Of a stretch of DNA of 64,000 bases, positions 23,806-38,761 are shown piece by piece. The stretch comes from Epithemia pelagica (lineage: Eukaryota; Protista; Bacillariophyta), in the NCBI GenBank assembly GCA_946965045.2, contig OX337231.1:372001-436000 (forward strand), in the 5' to 3' direction. The notes below the pieces were generated by a model that was not told the DNA's origin, ran no database searches, and worked only from the letters and a program-made list of their open reading frames with translations. The position numbers were made by a program, and so were the translations under genes. Position 1 is the first letter of the stretch; every line of letters starts with the position of its first letter.

Positions 23806-26083
23806 ATGGATCATCGTCGGTGGCACGACGAACCAGCGAATCGTCGCGGTGACAATCCTCCTCCCCGCAGCAGCCATTGGAACGGTGGTCGTTGTCACCG
23901 AAACAACCACCACAGGGATCCTTCCCAACAATGGAAAGACGATCGACGGGGAGAACGACGCCCACGTGGATGGGGCCGTATAGAGGAGGAGGAATCACAG
24001 CAGCAGCAACAACAACAACAACGAGGTTATACCGAGGTTTCGTCGTCGTCCTCGCGACACCCATCCAGGAATCGTGACCACCCAGATTCGTACGATTCCT
24101 ATCAACAACAGCAAGAACTACAAACCAAACGACGAGGTGATTGGACCATGCAACCCGTTTCCAAGGGGGGTAGTGTACAACTTGTGTGCTGAGGTGTACT
24201 ACTACCCCCTTTCTATTGTTGTACTATTCGACAGGTTTGTATCTCACTTACTGGTACTCTTGTTTCTTGATAATGATGATGATGATGATTGGACGACATT
24301 TTGACAGCCACGGAACGAGAGCCTGACAGGAGACGACAAGGCTGGAGAGACGAACGAGATCGACGAGAACGACTACGACAGGAATGGGAGTCGCAGGAAC
24401 GGCCAAACTCGGATTGGAAGTGCCTTGAGGTAAATCATATGATCGATAATAAATGACTTGGTTTCGTTGGATCAGCTCTGTGAGAATGGAACATTCAGTG
24501 GAGAAAATCATGGTGGCATTTTTCGAATGGACATCTATCTCGACATGTGTCTGTGGCTGATCCATTCCTTCCTTTTGCCTCTTGTTGTTGTTGTTGTTAT
24601 TGTTGTCAACTCCAAACAAAAACATACAAATTACAAACCCAAAACACAGTGTTTGATATGGAATTATCCTCACGAATCCAAGTGTCATGGATGCGGAGCT
24701 CTTTGGATCGACATGTATCCACCGCAACACGATAGGGGATCCACCCGTCGGCGAGAAGGAGGAGAAGAACAAGTGGTTTGCAAGGACCAGGAGGATACCA
24801 AAACAAAGGAGGAGGAAGAGGTGGATGAATTTGGACGAACTATCAAAAAGCGGAAATCCACCAACGACAAGGATCAAGATTCATCCAAAAAATCACGTCG
24901 CGAGTGGCCTCCGCCCTTTGATGAAACCAATGGTTCCGAATATGTATTAGACAGTGGGAGTGGCATGTTTTATCATGCCGATTGTGACTTTTTTTACGAT
25001 CCGCAGACCAAATTGTATTATGGCAACAAACAGGCCTGTTATTTTCGGTACGAACCGGCCAATGACCCTGATACTGCCAAGGACAAGGAGGATGATGACG
25101 AAAAGAAGAAGGAAAAGGAGACTCGAAACAAGTCTCGATTTGTTCCCATCTCTCAATCCAGTGGCAAAGATCTTGCCACGACGACCAAGGATTTGGATGT
25201 CCTGTTGGACACTAGCAAGAGTCGCACTACCACGAGTAGCAAGTCCAGCATATCCATTACCCTCAAAACCAAGAAGTTACCCAAGTCGAACCATGGCAAT
25301 CCGAACAAGCCCAAGGCACTCTCGAAAACCAAGGCACTCTCGAAAACCGACGTGGCATCCGATCCTAGTAGTACTGGCCAGAACAGTAATCCATTGCAAC
25401 GACAGCATCACATGGATATGAGTAAATGGTCCGAGCGACAAGAAGAACGGAAGCAGCAAGAGGACTCGGGTCCCACTGCTACCACCAAACGCGAATCTAC
25501 CAAAGACGACAAACCTACAGAGTCCACCAACACCACCACCAATAAAAAGATTGCACGCACAGCCAAGGGAGAACCCATGTGTGTCTTGTGTCAACGCAAA
25601 TTTCCGACGGTTGAAAAATTGCGGTACCACGAACGGGTTTCCAAATTGCATGCCGAAAACTTGAAGAAGAAAACAAAGAAGGAAAAGGATACCACAGTAA
25701 CCGAGTCCACCATGAAAAGGGAAGAAAAATACATTGATCGGGCGCAACAACGTCGGGCCTTGTATGGCGACGACGATGCAGCCCTTGCACCAGTTGTCAC
25801 GACTGTGCCCGCGATGGAATCCTCCACGACGTTGTCGTCGTCGTCGAGTACGGCTCCTGTGGAAGCACATGCGCCCACGGAATTGTTGGGGACGCATACC
25901 GTGGGCAATCAATTGTTGCAAAAATTGGGATGGAAAACAGGACAGGCCATTGGTCGACGACAACAACAACAACAACAAGATTCTAGCAACGCACAACCAG
26001 CGAGTCGCCAAACGGATACAGCCTTGCGCAAGGAATGGGAACGCATTGAAGCCTTGGCGGCATCGCAACAACGAAAGTACTAA
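23806..26083 (+). CDS. RBM5/RBM10-like splicing factor (RanBP2 ZnF, OCRE, C2H2 ZnF, G-patch)
   Basis: Exons about 23806-24169, 24308-24429, 24650-26083. The splice joins DWKCLE|CLIWNYPHESKCHGC (RanBP2 finger). OCRE YVLDSGSGMFY..FFYDPQTKLYY; CVLCQRKF..LRYHERVSKLH; KYIDRAQQRR; G-patch VGNQLLQKLGWKTGQAIG. Confidence 0.88.
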
Positions 26084-26735
26084 TCTCTTACGATTCTACC
26101 ACCCAAGTTTTTGGAAGCTTGGAAAGTCAAACTGTGTCCACACAAAACCACCTCCATCCGTGAAGCACGACCGATCCTATTGAGAAAAATTGACGTGGTC
26201 CGTCCAATTCTAGGTAGTGCAGTTTGTGAACAACAAGGAATGATGCAGTGCGTTACCATCCATCATTCGCTGGTTCGCCTTTCGACCCGTATTATACTAA
26301 GTCTGTTAAATGCCTTGATACACATCCGTCATCACATGAATACTGGTAGCGTTGGTGGACAAGCACAGAAGCAGATCCTTATAACACAGTGAGTGTTTGC
26401 AAACCCCCCGGGAATTTGTGACGGACAGCTTGGTCGGCGGGTGTGCGGAAGCAGGCCCTGTGCGCTATGGTCACGCATGCCATGCTTCAGTCGTCCGTTG
26501 GAATCCGACTTGGTCTCGCTAATGGCCGATCGAACTTATCCATGGTCGCATGCCCTTACACGTGCCCGCGCTCTCGACCCACAAAATTGGCACCTTTCAC
26601 ACTCTTGTTTCACTCGTGTGTTTCCATTTTCGTCTTGGACGGACAAGAACTACCACCATGATGACAACCACCACCAGCAGCAGCAACAACAGAGATCGTT
26701 CCCAGCGAAGAATCACCCGTAACATCTCGATCGCC

Positions 26736-27116
26736 ATGGTGGGGTTTGGGTTGTGTCTCTTGAGTGTGGTAGTGGCGGGATGGAGGACAGTTCCACGCAT
26801 TGTGCAAGAAATCATAATGGTGTCCACCACCAACGACGAACCACCACCACAAGAGCACGAAACAGCAGTCTCCTCCTCCTCCTCCTCCTCCATGCTTCGT
26901 CATCGTCGATTGCCGGGACAAGTCATGGAATTGACCGACGAAGAGCTGTATGCGGTGGGAACTGTCTTGGGTGGTTTGGTGTTGCTTTGCCTCTTGTGCT
27001 GTTGCTGCTGTCGACGATGGAGTTTGTGGGATGTGGTGGCCTGTGTTTGTCTCTACGAACTCTGTTGTGACGATCGGCGCATGGAGGATGATGGCATGGG
27101 CTTTGTCCTTTGTTAA
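26736..27116 (+). CDS. Small membrane protein with Cys-rich juxtamembrane tail
   Basis: MVGFGLCLLSVVVAG signal-like start; TM segment then LCLLCCCCCRRW...CVCLYELCC. Confidence 0.6.
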   Translation: MVGFGLCLLSVVVAGWRTVPRIVQEIIMVSTTNDEPPPQEHETAVSSSSSSSMLRHRRLPGQVMELTDEELYAVGTVLGGLVLLCLLCCCCCRRWSLWDVVACVCLYELCCDDRRMEDDGMGFVLC

Positions 27117-27758
27117 CACAGAAAGCGAGGCATTGTCGATGCGGACTCTTTTGACGACAAAACTGCAAGAACATTCTCCTCCTCTTCTTCCTTCTCCGCC
27201 TCCTCCTGACCGACTCGGACGAGAAACACCAGGAAATGACTCTTTCCTTGGGGTGGTGGTCCATGGCCAACATTGCTACGGAAACTTGACTCGTTGCATT
27301 CCACCAGCTGTGGAACAAATAATATAAGAGTCCGTATCCCGAAAAGAAGCACGGCTCGTCCGGTGGTTAGGGTTCCAGATTCCATACATGATGCATGAGC
27401 TCCACAACGATATATAGTACCTAAGTAGATAGTTTCTTTCTCAGATTCAGCATTCTCCTTTAGAGGAAATTCTTTGCACGTCGTGTGTGTCTATAGATAG
27501 TTTGGAGTCTGTAGGAAAGATTACAAGACATGCGCTGTGCCTTGTGTTACAACATGGGTTCTGCTTTCTGACACGGAACGGTGCTTCACTCAGGCCTATT
27601 TTTGAATGGCCCACGCGTAAGGAAATGATATGCAATCAACCTACCAACCAACCAACCGCAGTCACGGTGGAATAGAAAATGACGTGCATAACTTACTTCT
27701 AACGACCCTATAGACTTGGACAACGACGAGAACCCATACGTCATGGAACGGCAACGGT

Positions 27759-29128
27759 TTAATCGGTTTTGAAATGCAAATAGGCACGATCGGCCAATTT
27801 TCGGGGTCGCAACAATTGTTTGGCGGCAAAAAAGACACCGGCTGCCAAACAAAAGTATCCGACATAGGTAAAGGAGGGTCCAAAATAAATGTTGCGTCCT
27901 CCAAACATGGTATTGGTGGTCACAATCAAGGCCTTGCTCCCACGAAATCGTGTCACAACGTAATTGGCCGTGACTTGAAAGGTAAGCTTGGTACCCTTGG
28001 CAATGGGCCGATCGAACCAACCATAGAGTTTGCGAAAGGTGGGTTGCAAGGCGACACGCATCCACACGACAAAGTGTTCGTTCGTGACGCCTTCGAGAGG
28101 GGAAATAATGCCTTCGTAGGTTTCGTACAAGTATTGTGTCGTATTGTCGCGAGGATAAAAGAAGCGAAAACACTTGCCCGTTTTGGTATCATTAAAGGGT
28201 TCATCACAAGACCATTCCTCCCCGTCGCAACATTCGGGTGTACAACCAACATCTTCGGGACATTCTTCACTCTTGAATCCATCGGGTTGCGAAAAGAGCC
28301 AATCCAAATCGGATTGCCAGGCAATGCCGGTTTCAATCATGGACAATTCCACTGGATTTCCCTCCGGATCAATGCCTTCTTGAAAGACAAAGACATCGTT
28401 GAAAAAGGTATTGGCAATCATCCCACAGGGATTCAACGTGATATTGCCGAGTTGATTAAGGGGATCGCATCGCTCGCGACTCACCTTGTCTTGATTGCCT
28501 ACTTGACCCGCCAATTGAAAATCGTCCCTCGAATTGACATAGGCCCGATGATTTTGATGAAAATTGGTCAATTCGTAATAGACCAAAATGGGTGGTTCCA
28601 TATCCTCGGGGGCGAAAAAGGTAATGTCACACTGTCGACCATCGTTGAAGCGTTCTTCAATACCGCATTCCGGAGGATCTTCGTCTTGCGGATTTTCAAT
28701 GTACTTGTCGTAGACGCGTTTCAATTCCACCACATCGTCTTGCATCGATGTGAGTTTCAATCCTAGAATGGGAAGAACCACAACGGACAACAACCACCGG
28801 CAAATTAGAACAAAACGCAAGTTTAATCAACAAAACAACAACAAGAGTCGATGGGCATTCCGATCTGCTTCAATAAGCGCACATAACCTTCATTGCATGA
28901 AGACTACCAGCAAGACCAGATTCCCACTGGGCTCTAACAACAACAACAACAACCACAAAACGTACCGGTGGGAACCAAAATGACACCCAAATAAAAGAGA
29001 GAGATAATGACCCAGACCGGATCCAAAATGGGATGCCATGCTTGAACGCGTTGTTGATGCAAGGCATCGTCTCTCGGACGATTGGTTTGTTCCGAAATAT
29101 CCAAAACGTCTTCGTCGTCGTTCTCCAT
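27759..29128 (-). CDS. CDC50: CDC50/LEM3 family P4-ATPase flippase beta subunit (2 exons)
   Basis: Exons 29128-28966 and 28762-27759; HQQRVQAWHPIL, ILVYYELTNFHQNHRAYVNS, PCGMIANTFFND, NEHFVVWMR, FGGRN motifs. Confidence 0.95.
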
Positions 29129-29701
29129 TGTGTGTTGTTTGTTTTGAATGCTAGCTAGTGCGGAAGTTTTCGGAAATGCACTTTGTCAAGGCTCCAAAAA
29201 GAAAAAAGGTAACACAAGGGCCACAATTGGTTCTGCTTCCAGTCTCCAATCTCCAAAAGAAGTCGATCAAGGAGGCCACACAAAAACAAAACGGACTACG
29301 AACGACGAATAGTCGAACATCGCGCGGCGCCCACTCGTGCGGAGCTGCGCAGTACTCCAGACCACTCTTCATCTGTCATGGACGTCGGGTCTTCTAAAGG
29401 ATCCTTTGTGTCTGTTCAGAGTTGGTAGGATGGGTTGTAGTACTGGAAATTTGAAACCGTTCCGCGCCGACCGGAGCACCTCGTCCGGAAGCAGCATGTG
29501 TATGTTACGGCAAACTCGTCTGTCCACCCGTCGGATAGAATGCGCACGCTTGTGGGGCGCCCGACGAGAGAGTGTTCGTCATAAAATTCATACGGTGCGT
29601 TGTCTTCATCCATCATGGCTTGTGTCTGTAACACACAAGGTTCAAGAACTGTGCAATATCCTTTGTTATAGGATTACCGGGACTATGTATAAACAGTAAC
29701 T

Positions 29702-32947
<3,246 letters not shown>

Positions 32948-32999
32948 TGTTGGGAAAGTGTCTTGTCTGTTGTCGTCACGCTAATAGAATACGTAGAGA

Positions 33000-33345
33000 G
33001 ACTTTGTGATGCGCGTTCCAGAACTCACACACTCACAGCAAGAATAGAAGCTACTGGAGGACACGATCGATGATACTCTGTCCCACAATACAGCACAGGA
33101 AGCAGAGGAATCTCTGATGATGGTTCAGGGCGGACTTTGGAGTGAGACGAACGACGACGAAAAAAATGGACAAGGCGAAAAAGTCACCCACTGTCGTCAG
33201 CGGCGAATGGCATGACTCTTTTACGCGACTGGGTTCGTACTCTCTTTCGTACGCATGACAAACACCATGTCCTAAGGCTCCACGCAAAAAAAGTTTCGTT
33301 TTCTGTTTCCATCACAAAAATCAGAAAACTTGGGTTTCGGCGTAA
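33000..33345. promoter_or_regulatory. Upstream region of the ABC gene, repeated at about 47690-47865 and 57740-58030 (likely ancestral bidirectional ABC/kelch promoter)
   Basis: Shared blocks gatgatactctgtcccaca, gaatggcatgactcttttacgcgactgg, ggctccacgcaaaaaaagtttcgttttctgtttccatcacaaaaa. Confidence 0.6.
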
Positions 33346-33797
33346 AGCACAAATACCACACAATAGATCTGCAACTTCCGGTAACTTCACGTGAGTCGCA
33401 TATTCTATCCCAATACCCAACGGACGAAACCAAAACGAAGGATCGATATTAAAGCAAAGTACGAACTATGATACCATAGAATATGATTTGCCATTCTCTA
33501 GTACGGAACAAACGGGAATGTCGAAAGGTATGTCGTTCGATATGTCGAAAGGTATGTCGTTTGGTTACCTACGCAGGCTCGTGTACTCGTAACATGGTGG
33601 CTAGGGTTAGTCCCTACCCACACAAGTCCCGAAGGATTTCTTACTGTTCTAGGCCAACTCTAACGGGTGGTGCTGTTAGAGAATCTCGGCCGTCGGATCC
33701 ATCCACGTTCATGGATGAGATCAGCCATACTTTCCCCTTCCACAATAGAGCCGCGTTCCATCGTTCCAACGAACCAACTGTCCCTCCCCCACAAAGC

Positions 33798-35438
33798 TTA
33801 TAAACAAAACATGGTCAAATAAAGGCGGTCCGCAAAGGTCCAAGAATCATATTGTTTGTCAATGGGTTCCGAGGAGCGCTTGAGTCTCCACCGAGCGTGT
33901 TCGTACAGTTGCGGGCCCGACGCCAAACGGGTACCGTCGTCCTTGCGCCGTTTAGTGGCATGGGATCGAGAGCCACGACGATAAGAGTGCAACGACCAAA
34001 ACTTATCGGGAATGGTGTTGCCTGCCACGTCGTCGAAGGCACGGAGAAAAGGGTCGCCTGTAGATTGGAGATGCTCCAAAAACGGGTGAAGAAAGCATGA
34101 CCGAAAAAACGAAGATGACCAAATCCGTCCGTCAGAATGGCGGAACACATAGCGTGGGTCCTGGGCAATGTCACCGAAAGGTAAATCCGCCGCCTGGGCC
34201 CGTCGAAGCCAGCGGCCACATGACAAGCCGGACAAGCTGTCGAAGGAAATCACCACGTCCACGGCGGCAGATTGGGAAGATTTAGTGGCCGGTCCCAATC
34301 GGAGACCAATCATTCCGACATTCGGGGGTAAGTCTTCCCTCGGACCGTTCCGTGGGAGAGTGACACGGATGTCACGCCATCGGAGATTGAAAACTTCGCT
34401 CCCACGGAGCCACCCCAGCCAGAGAATGGTATTAGCCAGGCCCACTAAGGCCCACGTGCGCTGAACCGAAGAACCGACCGGAGCTTGACGGTATTGGGTC
34501 TGAACGAAGGTATCAAAGGCTGCAACATGTCGACCAAGAAGGGCTGTGGACGGCCGGGTCTCCGTGCCCAGACGGACCGACAGGCCGGTGGTGAAAAGTG
34601 TCATCCCCAACTGGTCCGTGGAGCGGGCCTCTTGAAACAATACACGGTTGTGGGTGTCCAGACGACACGGGCGCCCGGAATGAAGAGGGGCGATTGCTTT
34701 GTGTTGCGAAAGAGCACTGCGTAGCCCCCGGATAGTCGCAAAGGTTGAGGTATCACCAAACCGGCCGGGCCTGAGACTGTACACTTCTGCCGCCCACATC
34801 AAAGGAATATCGGCTCCACAAGGTGGACGGATAGGACGGTCCACCGTCAGGAAATCCAAACCCGGAATTCGAGTCTGGAACTCACGTAAAAACCGCAACT
34901 TCTGTTGGTATTGACGGTGAGTACCTGGTGCCCAACGATGGGCTATGTCCAAGATACGGAGACGCTCCAGGGCCATGAGTCCGTAATCGACACGGCTGTG
35001 GAGTTCCCTATCAAGGACCGAACGAACTGTACAGCCCTCACAGATGAAAAGAGGCCATTCTCGAATATGGGGAATGGTCAGACCCCGTCCATCTTCAAAG
35101 CGAGTAGGGAAAGGTGGACCGGCACGGATACAGTGTGTATGGTACGAGACACCACACGGGGTGGCCCGTCCGCCGTGACGGAAAGGGAAGCCTGTCGTCC
35201 GAAAACAGCAATCCACCAAACTTTCAGAAGGGTAAAGAGGCTGGAGGCAGCTCCCGCAGAGCCGTCGCCTGTTGTTGATGCCATTGTCGTTGGCTATGAT
35301 ACCGGGGAATGGAATCGGTGTCCACGTCCCTGGGTAAAAGACGCACAAAACAGGGTAAGTGTAAGACCACAAAGGGGATAGGCAAAAGGGGAGGATTGGC
35401 CAGAGGCCAATCACCCGGTTTCCACGTTCCGACTTCAA
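33798..35438 (-). CDS. Tyrosine recombinase with N-terminal Cys/His finger
   Basis: Catalytic set WLRGSE (R), ATKS (K), HSYRRG (HxxR), HARW, DKQY (Y). Confidence 0.9.
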   Translation of the reverse strand: MKSERGNRVIGLWPILPFCLSPLWSYTYPVLCVFYPGTWTPIPFPGIIANDNGINNRRRLCGSCLQPLYPSESLVDCCFRTTGFPFRHGGRATPCGVSYHTHCIRAGPPFPTRFEDGRGLTIPHIREWPLFICEGCTVRSVLDRELHSRVDYGLMALERLRILDIAHRWAPGTHRQYQQKLRFLREFQTRIPGLDFLTVDRPIRPPCGADIPLMWAAEVYSLRPGRFGDTSTFATIRGLRSALSQHKAIAPLHSGRPCRLDTHNRVLFQEARSTDQLGMTLFTTGLSVRLGTETRPSTALLGRHVAAFDTFVQTQYRQAPVGSSVQRTWALVGLANTILWLGWLRGSEVFNLRWRDIRVTLPRNGPREDLPPNVGMIGLRLGPATKSSQSAAVDVVISFDSLSGLSCGRWLRRAQAADLPFGDIAQDPRYVFRHSDGRIWSSSFFRSCFLHPFLEHLQSTGDPFLRAFDDVAGNTIPDKFWSLHSYRRGSRSHATKRRKDDGTRLASGPQLYEHARWRLKRSSEPIDKQYDSWTFADRLYLTMFCL

Positions 35439-38400
35439 TTACAAATCGGGACAGGCCGGTCCACATGTGGGCTAGGGTACGGGGGACAAACACAAGGCAC
35501 GAGGTATCCAGGGGTGACTCCACCCAAGTTTCCAGAATAAAAGTGAGGACTTGGCGAGCCAACTCCGGAGGAGGGAACCAGACGGTAAGTTGTCCAAGTA
35601 CGAGCGCCGCCCGCCAGGGAGACTCCCAGGGCGTATAAACCCAGTCAGCCCGCAGACCCAAAGTGTTTACAAAGGTATGCACTAACCCCGGGTCATAGGC
35701 CAGTGGGGCGAAGACGGCACCGGTTAGTTCTCGTTGAGAGAGTCCGTCATGAAGAGAACTGAACCAAATTCCCCGACTGAGACCATCCGTTCCTTGGAGG
35801 ATCATGACGAGTCCAGGAACGTGTACCACCACAAGCTGAATGAACAGGTCCAACTCCATCAAGCGGATGTGTTGAATTAAAGCCTGTAGTCGCGGAGAGC
35901 GTGAGGATCCGTTGTGCATGATCCAATACGTGGTACTATTATCCGTGAAATAGAAGATAGTAGTACCACGTAGTACCGACTGATCCTGTTGATACAAATG
36001 CTCCATTGTAAGGTCCAAAGTACGAAGTTCTTTCCAATTTGAAGAGAAGGAATAGATTACGGGCGTCCACTGTCCCATCCACGTAGTAAGAGGTTGGTCG
36101 GGAACAATAAAAGTCCCTCCCGTCCCAGTGCCACTACCATCTCCAAAGGTGGGCACTAGCGTGGCTGAGCGTGCTGACCGTGCCGGTCGGCCCACATCTT
36201 GCCGCAAAAGAGTCTTCCACCAATGCAGTTCTTGTTCCATTGTCGGTGTCAACTCTACCGATGTATAGTACACATCTTCACCAGCCTCGTAACCTGGGGG
36301 GTGAACTAGGCTGTGAAAAGATCTCAAGAAGGTATGTCCGATACGTGAAGGAGTCGCTTCCACCATCGATTCGAGAGTTCCACTGACCACGGACAGTGCT
36401 AGCCGCGACATCGCTCTTGGTGTCTGCAACAGGTGTTCAACCATTGCCAGAGCTCGCTCCCGTTTCGCCACTGGGATCCGGAGAGTTGGTATGCCTCGAG
36501 TATCGAAAATGAAACCCGTGTATCCCTGCACCTGAGACGGCGGATAGAGTTTACCCGGATGACAAAGCATCCCTACTCGGACCGATAAGTCCAAGAAAAC
36601 CTGTAACCCTTCCTGAGTCGACTCTTTGTCGGGTCCGTGGATGAGGAAATCATCCACATGGACCCACGCTCGGACAGCAGGTTTGTTTCCGTCCCGTCGC
36701 TTGAACACCAGACCGTATCCCCATTGCGGATTGTATTTATCGAGAACGATTGAGGTCCACCAACAATTCGGTTCGCCCGTAACATTTGAAAAGACAGTGT
36801 CGCCTTCTCGGAGGGCGCGCAACATACTTAGACCGTACCGACACGCCATAGCCGGGGAGTTTCCACTGCCCATCGGGAGTCCAAGATAGACCAAAAGAGC
36901 CAGCGTGACCGGGTGCAGTATGCCCAGCCATGGTCGGTCGTCCGGGTGGGTGGAAAACTGGTAAAAGAATTTACTAGCGTCCACCACCGCCGAATACCCG
37001 CCCTCGTACATCTGTTCGAGAATATGGACCGGACGGTTCAAATAAACTGGATCCGCGGCTATGTAGGCATTTTGTCCGCCGTCCTTCATGTTAGAAATAA
37101 CACGCCATTGGCCTGGTTGACCAGGTTTGGGAACACAGAAAAGCGGTCCATCGCATTGCACGTCCGTTCCATCCGGTAAGAAACCAACCACACCTAGATC
37201 CACCAACTCGTCCACCAACTCCCCAGCCACTTGAACCTGTTCCGGGGTCATTTCCGAGTTGGGGTGGATCATGGTCGGGGGATGCTCCAAGAAATTCATG
37301 GAGCTCCCCTCTCGAATGGCATCTCGATGTAGAGGGGAAAACTCCCACCAAATAAGCTGCAAGTGCCGAGCCTTGGGCCCCTCCGTCGTATAATTTCCAC
37401 GATGTGTTTCGAGAATCTTCTGTCCCTCTCGTATCAAATCTGCTGCTTGGTTACCATAGTCCTGTGCTACCTCGATCAGTCGTTGCATTCGTGCCTGATA
37501 CCACTCTCCCCCTTCTCTTAAATCCGGGGGTCTCCACTCAATGGGATGGGTATCTGGGTCTCCTACCAAATGTTGGTCGTGGAGGGCTTGTTTGTGGAGT
37601 ACTTCCTCTACCCGTAGATCCGTGTCCACTTGTTCACTCGGGGATTCGATCCAGGAATCCGGACTCCCTTTCAAGAGTAAGGATTCACTCAAAAACTCCC
37701 AGTGAAAAATGCTCGTAGTTGCATTTAACATTCTCGCCGTTAGGGGTGCCACAGCCATCTGTTGCTTCGTCACTCCCAAACCTTTGGCCATTTCCTCAAG
37801 TGTGAGTCTCCGAATACCTCGGGAGTCTCGTATCCACGAACCCGGTCGGCTAGGCATTGCCTCCACTTGAGGGTCACTTATGTAGGCTTTCTCCGGCACT
37901 AGGATTCGATAAGATCGTCCAGGTACCAAACCCACGGGCATCAACAGATTACTCATAGGACGGGCTTGTCCAACGACGTCTTTGGGTTGCCAGCACCAGA
38001 GATGTTGTCTTATCTCAGACACTCGTACCACAATTAGGCGGGTTTGTTGTATAGCTCCTCCCACGGTGGTGGCGTTCACCCGTTGAAACCGGGAGAAGTA
38101 TCCCAATCCTCGCCATCTTGTTTTAGTACACTTGGACATTGGCCCTTCAGCCCATTCAATAGCCCGATCGGGCCACATTTCAATGACCACTTGTGGTCTA
38201 TCTTCACCAGGAGTAGTTGCAACCATCACTTCCCATCTGCTGCGCTGATCAACCGTGCGGCTGGAAGGGGCTCGGGAGAAATGGCCCCTTTCCACCACCA
38301 GAACGTCAACTGGATGCTTCCTCAATAGTTTAGGCGTTATCCGTCCCTTAGGATATCGGGTAACCGCTGTGTCGATGCCCTCTCCAACCGAGAACCGGTG

Positions 38401-38625
38401 CTCCATCGAGGTCCAGGCCTCGGCCACAGTGGCTATACCACAATCGATCGTACCAAATGTCTTGGGCTTCCAGGAGTCTACTTGTTTGTCTCCCAATGCC
38501 GTCGTTCTAGGTTCGTCGGGCTTGGGTTGTTTCATTCGAACACCTGTCACTTCTCCTATCTCAGCCCCCTTTCGGTCTGCTAACTCTACTACAAATACAA
38601 CGCGAGAAATGAATGTAAGTATCAC
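35224..38625 (-). CDS. Pol: degenerate C5-MTase-like domain + reverse transcriptase + RNase H + DIRS-type MT-like domain
   Basis: RT: LFCVPKPG, VVDASKFFYQF, LPMGSGNSP, VHVDDFL. RH: FGDGSG, NWKEL, FTDNS, HVPG, TDGLSRG. C-terminal WFPPPE..VFVP..W. First ATG at 38535. Confidence 0.92.
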   Translation of the reverse strand: MILTFISRVVFVVELADRKGAEIGEVTGVRMKQPKPDEPRTTALGDKQVDSWKPKTFGTIDCGIATVAEAWTSMEHRFSVGEGIDTAVTRYPKGRITPKLLRKHPVDVLVVERGHFSRAPSSRTVDQRSRWEVMVATTPGEDRPQVVIEMWPDRAIEWAEGPMSKCTKTRWRGLGYFSRFQRVNATTVGGAIQQTRLIVVRVSEIRQHLWCWQPKDVVGQARPMSNLLMPVGLVPGRSYRILVPEKAYISDPQVEAMPSRPGSWIRDSRGIRRLTLEEMAKGLGVTKQQMAVAPLTARMLNATTSIFHWEFLSESLLLKGSPDSWIESPSEQVDTDLRVEEVLHKQALHDQHLVGDPDTHPIEWRPPDLREGGEWYQARMQRLIEVAQDYGNQAADLIREGQKILETHRGNYTTEGPKARHLQLIWWEFSPLHRDAIREGSSMNFLEHPPTMIHPNSEMTPEQVQVAGELVDELVDLGVVGFLPDGTDVQCDGPLFCVPKPGQPGQWRVISNMKDGGQNAYIAADPVYLNRPVHILEQMYEGGYSAVVDASKFFYQFSTHPDDRPWLGILHPVTLALLVYLGLPMGSGNSPAMACRYGLSMLRALREGDTVFSNVTGEPNCWWTSIVLDKYNPQWGYGLVFKRRDGNKPAVRAWVHVDDFLIHGPDKESTQEGLQVFLDLSVRVGMLCHPGKLYPPSQVQGYTGFIFDTRGIPTLRIPVAKRERALAMVEHLLQTPRAMSRLALSVVSGTLESMVEATPSRIGHTFLRSFHSLVHPPGYEAGEDVYYTSVELTPTMEQELHWWKTLLRQDVGRPARSARSATLVPTFGDGSGTGTGGTFIVPDQPLTTWMGQWTPVIYSFSSNWKELRTLDLTMEHLYQQDQSVLRGTTIFYFTDNSTTYWIMHNGSSRSPRLQALIQHIRLMELDLFIQLVVVHVPGLVMILQGTDGLSRGIWFSSLHDGLSQRELTGAVFAPLAYDPGLVHTFVNTLGLRADWVYTPWESPWRAALVLGQLTVWFPPPELARQVLTFILETWVESPLDTSCLVFVPRTLAHMWTGLSRFVIEVGTWKPGDWPLANPPLLPIPFVVLHLPCFVRLLPRDVDTDSIPRYHSQRQWHQQQATALRELPPASLPF

Positions 38626-38761
38626 GCATTGTTATGTAAACCTCATAAAAGTAGAGACAGTTTTCCTTGGGGGTGGGGTCCGAAACAGGAGCCTCGAGGT
38701 TGGCTTTTCAGCCCGTCGCGGCTCGCTAGCATACTTGACGATTCCTCTGCTGTAGAGCCTT

